Source: Neocallimastix sp. 'constans' (Eukaryota). From it: a stretch of DNA of 64,000 bases. Within the stretch, counting starts at the first letter, position 1. The number at the start of each line of letters is the position of its first letter. Position numbers and translations under genes: made by a program. This document shows positions 52,871 through 64,000 of the stretch, one piece after another. The DNA lies in contig JBODTK010000010.1 of NCBI GenBank assembly GCA_050613775.1, forward strand, positions 868,001 through 932,000. The letters are read 5' to 3'. Below the pieces are notes generated by a model that had not been told where the DNA came from, made no database searches, and saw nothing but the letters and a program-made list of their open reading frames with translations.

Positions 52871-53982
52871 ATAGAATTATTAATATTAATATTATTATAA
52901 TTTTTTTTTTTTTTTTTTTTTTTTAGATTAAGAATAATCTTCATTTAATAATATTTATTAAAAAATATATATATATAAGAAATTTTTTACTTTAATATTA
53001 AAAATTCGATATTAGTTTTTTGGACGAAATGGCTTCTAAATCTTCTCATTTATCAATGATAATTCAATGTGGATAAAAATTATCATTCGAATTTGTATCA
53101 CAATTTTTTCTTCACCTTATCTCTTCGACGTCGACTCTCATAACAATGGTAGTTCTTGTGGAATATAAATTATTCATAATTTTTTAATAATTATTATTAA
53201 GTATAATTGTATAATAAATATAAAATTCAATAATTAAACAAATAAATTAACTAATATCTGTAATATAACTATTTTGAAATTTAATAAATAAAAAAATTTA
53301 TTATATGTATAACTTTTTAGAATTATTTAATTTATTAAAATATAAATTTAAAAACTGAAAAAAATAATGTATTAATATATTACGTATTACTATTATTTAA
53401 TGTATTATGTATTATTATTATTAAATATATTATACATTTATTTATTTATTAATTTATTTATTTATATATTTATTATTTTTTTTTTTCTACTATTTTCTAC
53501 ATTATTTTAATAATAAAAAATATTTTCTTTATTTTTCCACAAAATGTTTCTTCTATTATTCCTTTTTCTCTTGAATTTCTTAATAAATTAATTATTAATA
53601 TTAAAAATAATTATTAATATTTTAGGGTAAATTTTAATATTTATTATTATTATTAAAATTTATTTTACTAAGCATTAATAATTCATTATTTTTTATTTTT
53701 TTTTTTATTTTTTTTATTATTTAAAAAAAATATAAATATGACAAAAAAATCAGTTTAAAATTTTTTAAATTCATCAATTTTTAAATATAAATAATTATTT
53801 AAAATATTTATTATACAATAGTATAAAAGCGTTTATAAAAAATTAAATAAAATCGAAAAAAGTTATATATTAAAACATAAAAAGAAATATAAAAAAATCA
53901 AAAAAAAAAAAAAAAAAAAAAAAAAAGCATATAATTGTCAAATAATATAAGAAAAAAAAATAAAATTAAATATATATTCAAA

Positions 53983-54600
53983 ATGTCTTTATTCTTTTTA
54001 AATGATCCAATTAAGGAAAGCGATCGCTCAATCTTAAATAATTCAGTATTAGATGATAATAAAAGTGATAAAAGTGATGATAACGATTACTATAATAATC
54101 CTTTAGTTTCTGGTTATCCTTATTTCTTCGGTTATCCTCCTTATGCTTATCATCCAAATCCTCAATCCGCTAAATCTTCTCAAAAATCAAATCAAAAGTC
54201 AAATAATAATGCTGCAAAAAGACAATCATCTCAAGCTTTAGATAAAGATGTCTATAAGTTAGTAGATTTTCGTCCAAAGAATAATCTTTGTGAAGATGAT
54301 AAAAACTACTACATTCAATTAGATTTACCAGGTATGACTAAAGAACAAATTCATATGGAATTATCTGAAGATAATATTTTAATAATTTCAGGTGAAAGAG
54401 AAAATAAATATAAAAAGGCAGCTAATATGAAAATTAGTAAGATGGAATGTGAATATGGTAAATTCTCTAGATCTTTCAGTATTCCTGAAACGGCTGATCT
54501 TGACAAGATTGAAGCTAAAATGGAGAATGGAACATTACAAGTTATAATACCTAAAGCTGAACCACCTAAGAATCAACGTCGTACTATTCAAGTTCAATAA
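53983..54600 (+). CDS. Hsp20 copy 8 (205 aa; ATG at 53983)
   Basis: Intact ORF; start assigned by homology. Confidence 0.96.
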   Translation: MSLFFLNDPIKESDRSILNNSVLDDNKSDKSDDNDYYNNPLVSGYPYFFGYPPYAYHPNPQSAKSSQKSNQKSNNNAAKRQSSQALDKDVYKLVDFRPKNNLCEDDKNYYIQLDLPGMTKEQIHMELSEDNILIISGERENKYKKAANMKISKMECEYGKFSRSFSIPETADLDKIEAKMENGTLQVIIPKAEPPKNQRRTIQVQ

Positions 54601-55663
54601 ATATAATTGATTATAAACAATTTATTTAATGAATTTGAATATTTTTAATATTAATTATTAAATCATAAAAATAATGATTTATAAATATACCACTATCAAT
54701 TTATTATTTAATATATTATTATAAAAAAAATTAGATTAATAATTTATTTATTTTGCATGTAAATAGACAAACAATTAAAAAAAATAAAATACAATAAAAT
54801 AAAACTATATTAAAAAATAAAAAATAATTTAAAAAAAATGTTTATCTTTGTATAAAATTTGAGTATATTTTAATAAATATTTAAATTTAAAAATAATTTT
54901 ATTTATTTATTTTTTTGTTTTTGTTATTGTTTTTTGCTTTTTTGTTTTGGACTTTTTACTGAATTTATTTATGCATTTTATTTTAAGTTATTTTTATTTC
55001 ACAATTACTATTTAAAAAAATATTATGTACAATTTGGAAAAATAATATCTTTTTTTTTTTATTAAATTTGTGTTTTATAATAAATTATACATCAAATTAA
55101 TAAATGAATAAATAATATAATTTTAAAGATCTCATTAATTTCGGATATAAAAAAAATAATTATATTTATATTTTATTATTTTTCATCACACTGAAACTTT
55201 TTCACTTTTGAAATTATTTTTATTCTTTATTGCACTAAATTTTCAATGATTATTTAAAATTTGTTTATTTTTAATTTTTATTATTTTATATTTTACTTAA
55301 TCTTTTACACACTTTTTTTTTTTTTTATTTATTTAAAATAAATACGTTATATAATATAAAGATAAATAAAAATGTAATACATAAAAATATAATTATCTAT
55401 TAACAAAGTACTGAAAGTATATTCTCTTCCTTGTCTAAAAAAAATAAAAAAAATAAATTTATTATTTTATCATTATTATTATTATATATTTACATTTATA
55501 TCTTAATTTTAATATATCTAATAATGTATATAAATATTTTTTATAATATCATAAATAATTGAATAAGATTATTAGTTATTAGTTATTTTTATATAAATAA
55601 TGTTTTTTTTTTTTATTTAATTTATTAAATTTTAATAGAATAATAATTTTTTTTTTTCATTTT

Positions 55664-55707
<44 letters not shown>

Positions 55708-55876
55708 GTGGTTCTTCTTTAGAAATATTAACTTTTAATACTTCATTTGCCAATTTAGCTTTAACATGTAGTATTAACAATTCATTCTGGTATATTTAAT
55801 TCCATTCCTTAATTTAACCCTTTCACATGAAATATTCAATGTTTTAATACCATTTGAATTCATTATTTAATCATTC

Positions 55877-55925
<49 letters not shown>

Positions 55926-56603
55926 TTATAGTAGTTCTTTTCATTTTCACCATAATTGAATTTTGGACAGAAGTTATAAAACTTATAAACATTTCTATCA
56001 TAAAGATGAGATAATATATTTCTTTATACATTTGTATAAAAATTTAAAATTAAATTTTGAGTTTTCTTTGGATGATTATAATATCCAAAGAAAAAGTAAT
56101 GAAAAATATTAACTTAAGTAAATACTTTTATTGTAAGTATAATGGAAGGGAATTATATGAAGAAGTTCAAAATATGCTATAAAAAATTCAAAAGAAAAAT
56201 ATGCTGAATTTATTGAAATAATTAATAGTATTGAAGATGTTTATTAAAGATTGGGTTACAGGTAATATATGTTTTTAAGAAAAAGAAATTATAATATTAA
56301 CTTTATAATTGAAACTATTGACATTTAATAATAAATTTTATATATATATTGAACTTTTTGCATTATCTTTCAAAAGTAATATATAATATTTTTATTAATG
56401 AATAATTTTGAATATATTTTAAATAATTTAAATTTCTTAATAATTTAATTTATTATAATATTTGTTATTTAATTGTTTTATCATGGATTAATTTTAATTA
56501 TGTTAAAATTATATAATTACTTTTTATAGTAACTTAAAAATTTAAAATAAACATAAATAATGTTAATAATATATTATACATTACAATTTAATGTATTACG
56601 TAT

Positions 56604-56662
<59 letters not shown>

Positions 56663-57158
56663 TTTTTCTACAATTTTCTACATTATTTTAATAATAATTT
56701 TATTTTCTTTATTTTTCTATAAAAATTTTCTTCTATCATTTCTTTTTTTCTTTAATTTCTTAATAGTTATTAATAATATTACAAATAATTATTAATATTC
56801 ATTTATTAACTTTAATATTTATTTTTTATTAATATTTATTATTATTAAAAGGAAATTCTTTATATCAAAATTTAATTTACCAAACATTAATATTTTTTTT
56901 TATATTAATTTTTATTTTAAAAAAAATATAAATAAGACAAAAAATTCAGTTTAAATTTTTTAAATTCATCAAATTTTAAATATAAAAATTATTTAAAATA
57001 TTTATTATACAATAGTATAAAAACGTTTATTAAATATAAAATAAAATCAAAAAAAGTTATATATTAAAACATAAAAAGAAATAAAAAAAAATAAATAAAA
57101 AAAAGCATATAATTATTAAATAATATAAAAAAAAAATAAAATTAAATATATATTCAAA

Positions 57159-57776
57159 ATGTCTTTATTCTTTTTAAATGATCCAATTAAGGAAAGCGAT
57201 CGCTCAATCTTAAATAATTCTGTATTAGATGATAATAAAAGTGATAAAAGTGATGATAATGAATATTATAATCATCCTTTAGTTTCTGGTTATCCTTATT
57301 TCTTCGGTTATCCTCCTTATGCTTATCATCCAAATCCTCAATCCGCTAAATCTTCTCAAAAATCAAATCAAAAGTCAAATAATAATGATGCAAAAAGACA
57401 ATCATCTCAAGCTTTCGATAAAGATGTCTATAAGTTAGTAGATTTCCGTCCAAAGAATAATCTTTGTGAAGATGATAAAAACTACTATATTCAATTAGAT
57501 TTACCAGGTATGACTAAAGAACAAATTCATATGGAATTATCTGAAGATAGTATTTTAATAATTTCAGGTGAAAGAGAAAATAAATATAAAAAGGCAGCTA
57601 ATATGAAAATTAGTAAGATGGAATGTGAATATGGTAAATTCTCTAGATCTTTCAGTATTCCTGAAACGGCTGATCTTGATAAGATAGAAGCTAAAATGGA
57701 GAATGGATCATTACAAGTTATAATACCTAAAGCTGAACCACCTAAGAATCAACGTCGTACTATTCAAGTTCAATAA
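57159..57776 (+). CDS. Hsp20 copy 9 (205 aa)
   Basis: Intact ORF. Confidence 0.96.
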   Translation: MSLFFLNDPIKESDRSILNNSVLDDNKSDKSDDNEYYNHPLVSGYPYFFGYPPYAYHPNPQSAKSSQKSNQKSNNNDAKRQSSQAFDKDVYKLVDFRPKNNLCEDDKNYYIQLDLPGMTKEQIHMELSEDSILIISGERENKYKKAANMKISKMECEYGKFSRSFSIPETADLDKIEAKMENGSLQVIIPKAEPPKNQRRTIQVQ

Positions 57777-58241
57777 ATATAATTGATTATTAACGATTTA
57801 TTTAATGAATTTGAATATTTTTAATATTAATTATTAAATCATAAAAATAATGATTTATAAATATACCACTATCAATTTATTATTTAATATATTATTATAA
57901 AAAAATTAGATAAATAATTTATTTATTTTGCATGTAAATAGAAAATCAATAAAAAAAAATAAAAATAAAAATAAAAAATAATTTAAAAAAAAAAAAATAT
58001 ATTTATCTTTGTATAAAATTTGAGTATTTTTTAATAAATATTTAAATTTAAAAATAATTATATTTATTTATTTATTTTTTGTTTTTGTTTTTTTTACTTT
58101 TTTGTTTTGGATTTTTTACTGAATTTATTTATACACTTTATTTTAAGTTAAATTTTTAATTCACATTACTATTTAAAAAAAATATTATGTACAATTTGGA
58201 CAAATAATATCTTTTTTTTTTATTAAATTTGTGTTTTATAA

Positions 58242-59703
58242 GTAACTAAAGCTCTCTTTTCTGTTAGTAAATTTCTTTCAAATTCCAAAATTCCTATTCC
58301 ATTTAAGAAGATTATAATTAACTCTTATGTACTTAGTAAAGTCTCTTACTTCGCACCTTTACTTGGTTCGAATAAAACGAGAACAAATAATACTCAGAAA
58401 TTAATTAATAAAGGATTAAGATGGATTGCAGGTATACAAAAAGCCAAATCATTTATTAATGTATATTCTATTTCAAAAGATTTACATATTCCTCCATTTT
58501 CAGCTAAGTGTGCTTTGTCTCAGGTCAAATGTTTTGATAAATGGAAAAATTCAAATTGTATTATTTCCTATTTAGTTAATAATATTCCAAAATCTAGAAA
58601 ATATACATGGACAAAAGAAAGTAGAACTCTTAAACGTAAACTAGAGAAAAGAGGTAATAACGATAATAAAATCAAGGATTTTTATTGGAAAAGAGATATG
58701 AAAATCAATTCTATTAAAGCTGAGTTTTATGACAAAAACAAATTCGAAGAAACATCAAAATTTATAAAACTTTGTTATGACTATCCTGATCTTTCATATG
58801 GTTTCTATTGGCTATTGAGAGCACGAAGCGGATATAGATTAGATGCTAGAATTGCTAAAGCTGCAAAAATAGTGGACCAAATGTGTCCTAATTTTTGTCC
58901 CTGTTGTAAAAGTAATAAACAATGGATAAGTCATTGGTTAATTGATTGTCCCTTTTTCAATCATACTCGTAGTAAAGTTAATGATAAAATTTTATTTTTA
59001 TATAATGCTTTTTACCGTGGCAACCTAACAAATGATATTGTTAATAGTAATAATGATAATAGTAATAGTAATAATAGTAATAGTTATAATAGTAATAATA
59101 ATATTAGTAATAGTATTTTTAGTAATGTTAGTAATAGTATTGAAAATAATGTGTATATTGATTCTAGTGTGTGTGAAAAAGTGTTTAATTTCCTTCTTGG
59201 AGGTCGAAGTATTAATAATAGTACAAGGGAATGGAAGGATCTATTTAAGTGCCAGATGAAATCAGGTGCTTATTCTGATACTCCGTTCTTAGTGGTTACT
59301 GCGGCACTTCTCCAATCGATTATACCTATTGCTATTGGCCAGCAATGGTCTTTGTTCAATAGGTTCAAATCGAATCGTACTACTACTACCAAGAGCGTCA
59401 ATGCTGAAGAAACAGTAAGACAGGCCAGCAGGGCTAGCGCAACCAATGAAGATCATAATTTTGTATCTTAAAATTATGATTAACATTGCGAAGTCAAAGT
59501 TAATTATTATACTTCAGTATAATAATGCCCTTGTGAAGTCTTACAAATATTAATTAAATGAAACTAGAATATATTATACCATTATTTTATTTTTATTTTG
59601 TGTTTTATTTTTTGTTTATTTTTTTATCTTTTTTTTTTTTATTATTTTATTACATGTATTTTATCAAATATTTAATTAATAAAGATGAAACAAGTTTGCT
59701 GCC

Positions 59704-59739
<36 letters not shown>
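58242..59739 (+). mobile_element. Young 5'-truncated non-LTR retrotransposon (LINE-A): post-RT region, CCHC zinc finger, 3' UTR and poly(A)
   Basis: Uninterrupted frame 58242-59471 (VTKALFSVSKF..LLRARSGY..CPCCK..SHWLIDCP). Poly(A) at 59707-59739. TSD ttgtgttttataa at 58229-58241 and 59740-59752. Empty sites at ~55068 and ~61888. Confidence 0.93.
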
Positions 59740-59742
<3 letters not shown>

Positions 59743-60820
59743 TGTTTTATAATAAATTATACATCAAATTAATAAATGAATAAATAACATAATGTTAAAG
59801 TTTTCAATAATTTCGGTTATAAAAAAAAATTATAATATTTATATTTTATTATTTTTCATCACACTGAAACTTTTTCACTTTTGAAATTATTTTTATTCTT
59901 TATTGTACTGTATTTTCATGATTATTTAAAATTTGTTTATTTTTAATTTTTATTATTTTATATTTTACTTAATCTTTTACACGCTTTTTTAAATAAAATT
60001 ATTATTTTATCATTATTGTTATTATTATATATTTACATTTATATCTTAATTTTAAAATATCTAATAATGTATATAAATATTTTGTATAATATTATAAATA
60101 ATTGAATAAGATTATTAGTTATTTAATTTATTATAATATTTGTTATTTAATATTATTTTATAATGGATTAATTTTAATTATATTAAAATTGTATAATTAC
60201 TTTTAATGGTAATTTAATTTTAAAATTGTATAATTACTTTTAATGGTAATTTAATTTTAAAATAAACAAAATAATGTAATAATATATTACATATTACAAT
60301 TTAATGTATTACGTATTTATTTATTTTTTTATTTATTTATTTATTTATTTATTTTTCTACAATTTTCTTTATTTTTCTATAAAATTTTTCTTCTATTATT
60401 CTTTTTTTCTTTAATTTCTTTATAATTATTAATAATATTAAAAATGATTATAAATATTAAATATTATTTATTAATATTTATTATTAATAAAAAGAAATTC
60501 TTTATATCAAAATTTAATTTACCAAACATTAATAATTCATTATTTTTTTATTTTTTTTTTATTTTTTTTATTATTTAAAAAAAAAATATAAATATGACAA
60601 AAAAGTCAATTTAAAATTTTTTAAATTCATTAATTTTTAAATATAAATAATTATTTAAAATATTTACTATACAATTGTATAAAAGCGTTTACAAAAAATT
60701 AAATAAAATCGAAAAAAAGTTATTTATTAAAACATAAAAAGAAATAAAAAAAAATAAATAAAAAAAAGCATATAATTATTAAATAATATAAAAAAAAATA
60801 AAATTAAATATATATTCAAA

Positions 60821-61438
60821 ATGTCTTTATTCTTTTTAAATGATCCAATTAAGGAAAGCGATCGCTCAATCTTAAATAATTCCGTATTAGATGATAATAA
60901 AAGTGATAAAAGTGATGATAATGAATATTATAATCATCCTTTAGTTTCTGGTTATCCATATTTCTTTGGTTATCCTCCTTATGCTTATCATCCAAATTCT
61001 CAATCCGCTAAACCTTCTCAAAAATCAAATCAAAAGTCAAATAATAATACTGCAAAAAGACAATCATCTCAGGCTTTAGATAAAGATGTCTATAAGTTAG
61101 TAGATTTCCGTCCAAAGAATAATCTTTGTGAAGATGATAAAAACTACTATATTCAATTAGATTTACCAGGCATGACTAAAGAACAAATTCATATGGAATT
61201 ATCTGAAGATAGTATTTTAATTATTTCAGGTGAAAGAGAAAATAAATATAAAAAGGCACCTAATATGAAAATTAGTAAGATGGAATGTGAATATGGTAAA
61301 TTCTCTAGATCTTTCAGTATTCCTGAAACAGCTGATCTTGATAAGATAGAAGCTAAAATGGAGAATGGATCATTACAAGTTATAATACCTAAAGCTGAAC
61401 CACCTAAGAATCAACGTCGTACTATTCAAGTTCAATAA
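60821..61438 (+). CDS. Hsp20 copy 10 (205 aa)
   Basis: Intact ORF. Confidence 0.96.
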   Translation: MSLFFLNDPIKESDRSILNNSVLDDNKSDKSDDNEYYNHPLVSGYPYFFGYPPYAYHPNSQSAKPSQKSNQKSNNNTAKRQSSQALDKDVYKLVDFRPKNNLCEDDKNYYIQLDLPGMTKEQIHMELSEDSILIISGERENKYKKAPNMKISKMECEYGKFSRSFSIPETADLDKIEAKMENGSLQVIIPKAEPPKNQRRTIQVQ

Positions 61439-61969
61439 ATATAATTGATTATTAACAATTTATTTTATGAATTTGAATATTCAATATTAAATATTAAATT
61501 ATAAAATTATTGAATTAAAAATATACCACTATCAATTTATTATTTAATATATTATTATAAAAAAATTAGATAAATAATTTATTTATTTTGCATGTAAATA
61601 GAAAATCAATAAAAAAAAATAAAATAAAAATAAAAAATAATTTAAAAAAAAAAAAAATATTTATCTTTGTATAAAATTTGAGTATTTTTTAATAAATATT
61701 TAAATTTAAAAATAATTATATTTATTTATTTATTTTTTGTTTTTGTTTTTTTTACTTTTTTGTTTTGGATTTTTTACTGAATTTATTTATACACTTTATT
61801 TTAAGTTAAATTTTTAATTCACATTACTATTTAAAAAAAATATTATGTACAATTTGGACAAATAATATCTTTTTTTTTTTATTAAATTTGTGTTTTATAA
61901 TAAATTATACATCAAATTAATAAATGAATAAATAACATAATGTTAAAGTTTTCAATAATTTCAGTTATA

Positions 61970-62000
<31 letters not shown>

Positions 62001-62677
62001 TTATAGTAGTTCTTTTCATTTTCACCATAATTGAATTTTGGACAGAAGTTATAAAACTTATAAACATTTCTATCATAAAGATGAGATAATATATTTCTTT
62101 ATACATTTGTATAAAAATTTAAAATTAAATTTTGAGTTTTCTTTGGATGATTATAATATCCAAAGAAAAAGTAATGAAAAATATTAACTTAAGTAAATAC
62201 TTTTATTGTAAGTATAATGGAAGGGAATTATATGAAGAAGTTCAAAATATGCTATAAAAAATTCAAAAGAAAAATATGCTGAATTTATTGAAATAATTAA
62301 TAGTATTGAGGATGTTTATTAAAGATTGGGTTACAGGTAATATATGTTTTTAAGAAAAAGAAATTATAATATTAACTTTATAATTGAAACTATTGACATT
62401 TAATAATAAATTTTATATATATATTGAACTTTTTGCATTATCTTTCAAAAGTAATATATAATATTTTTTTTAATGAATAATTTTGAATATATTTTAAATA
62501 ATTTAAATTTCTTAATAATTTAATTTATTATAATATTTGTTATTTAATTGTTTTATAATGGATTAATTTTAATTATGTTAAAATTATATAATTACTTTTT
62601 ATAATTAACTTAATTTTAAAATAAACATAAATAATGTTAATAATATATTACATATTACAATTTAATGTATTACGTAT

Positions 62678-62708
<31 letters not shown>

Positions 62709-63251
62709 TTTTTCTACAATTTTCTACATTATTTTAATAATAATTTTATTTTCTTTATTTTTCTATAAAAATTTTCTTCTATTACTTCTTTTTTTTCTTT
62801 AATTTCTTAATAATTATTAATAATATTAAAAATAATTATAAATATTTCGGTATAAATTTTAATAAATATTATTTATTAATATTTATTATTATTAAAAGGA
62901 AATTCTTTATATCAAAATTTAATTTACCAAACATTAATAATTCATTATTTCTTATTTTTTTTTGTTATTATAAAAAAAAAATATAAATATGACAAAAAAA
63001 TCAGTTTAAAATTTTTTAAATTCGTTAATTTTTAAATATAAAAAATTATTTAAAATATTTATTATACAATAGTATAAAAGCGTTTATAAAAATTAAATAA
63101 AATCAAAAAGGTTATATATTTAAACATAAAAAGAAATATAAAAAAATATAATTTAAAAGAAATATAAAATAAAAATATATATATATTATTAATAAATAAT
63201 ACAAGAAAAAAAAAATAATAAAAAATAAAAAAAATATAATTTAAATTCAAA

Positions 63252-63869
63252 ATGTCTTTATTCTTTTTAAATGATCCAATTAAGGAAAGCGATCGCTCAA
63301 TCTTAAATAATTCAGTATTAGATGATAATAAAAGTGATAAAAGTGATGATAATGAATATTATAATCATCCTTTAGTTTCTGGTTATCCTTATTTCTTTGG
63401 TTATCCTCCTTATGCTTATCATCCAAATCCTCAATCCGCTAAATCTTCTCAAAAATCATCTCAAAAGTCAAATAATAATACTGCAAAAAGACAATCATCT
63501 CAGGCTTTAGATAAAGATGTCTATAAGTTAGTAGATTTCCGTCCAAAGAATAATCTTTGTGAAGATGATAAAAACTACTATATTCAATTAGATTTACCAG
63601 GTATGACTAAAGAACAAATTCATATGGAATTATCTGAAGATAGTATTTTAATAATTTCAGGTGAAAGAGAAAATAAATATAAAAAGGCACCTAATATGAA
63701 AATTAGTAAGATGGAATGTGAATATGGTAAATTCTCTAGATCTTTCAGTATTCCTGAAACAGCTGATCTTGACAAGATCGAAGCTAAAATGGAGAATGGA
63801 TCATTACAAGTTATAATACCTAAAGCTGAACCACCTAAGAATCAACGTCGTACTATTCAAGTTCAATAA
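63252..63869 (+). CDS. Hsp20 copy 11 (205 aa)
   Basis: Intact ORF; the array may continue beyond the window. Confidence 0.96.
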   Translation: MSLFFLNDPIKESDRSILNNSVLDDNKSDKSDDNEYYNHPLVSGYPYFFGYPPYAYHPNPQSAKSSQKSSQKSNNNTAKRQSSQALDKDVYKLVDFRPKNNLCEDDKNYYIQLDLPGMTKEQIHMELSEDSILIISGERENKYKKAPNMKISKMECEYGKFSRSFSIPETADLDKIEAKMENGSLQVIIPKAEPPKNQRRTIQVQ

Positions 63870-64000
63870 ATATAATTGATTATTAACAATTTATTTTATG
63901 AATTTGAATATTCAATATTAAATATTAAATTATAAAATTATTGAATTAAAAATATACCACTATCAATTTATTATTAAATATATTATTATAAAAAAAAAAT

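Noticed and set aside
58515..59471. Standalone 318-aa host gene
   Set aside because: TTG start inside a longer frame of a 5'-truncated LINE.

Overview
Extremely AT-rich eukaryotic genomic DNA with long homopolymers, (TTA)n microsatellites and a GT-AG intron. The composition suggests an anaerobic gut fungus (Neocallimastigomycota); this is inference only. Positions 1-3000 hold decayed Ty3/Gypsy remnants. About 3-24 kb is a gene desert with small GC-rich islands. At 24190-26369 is a two-exon gene for a single-pass membrane protein with two PAN/apple-like Cys modules. Positions 27.5-31.1 kb hold non-LTR retrotransposon debris. From 31.8 kb to the window end is a small heat-shock protein (Hsp20) array: one divergent 259-aa paralog plus 11 intact, all-different 205-aa copies in three orientation blocks (+++ ---- ++++), with mosaic polymorphisms. 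The array spacers are colonised by two LINE subfamilies and by a tRNA-headed SINE-like element. That element has an encoded CCA, a highly structured body, a poly(T) 3' tail, clear target-site duplications (TSDs) and a shared TTAAA|TT target. Paralogous units supply empty sites for these insertions.
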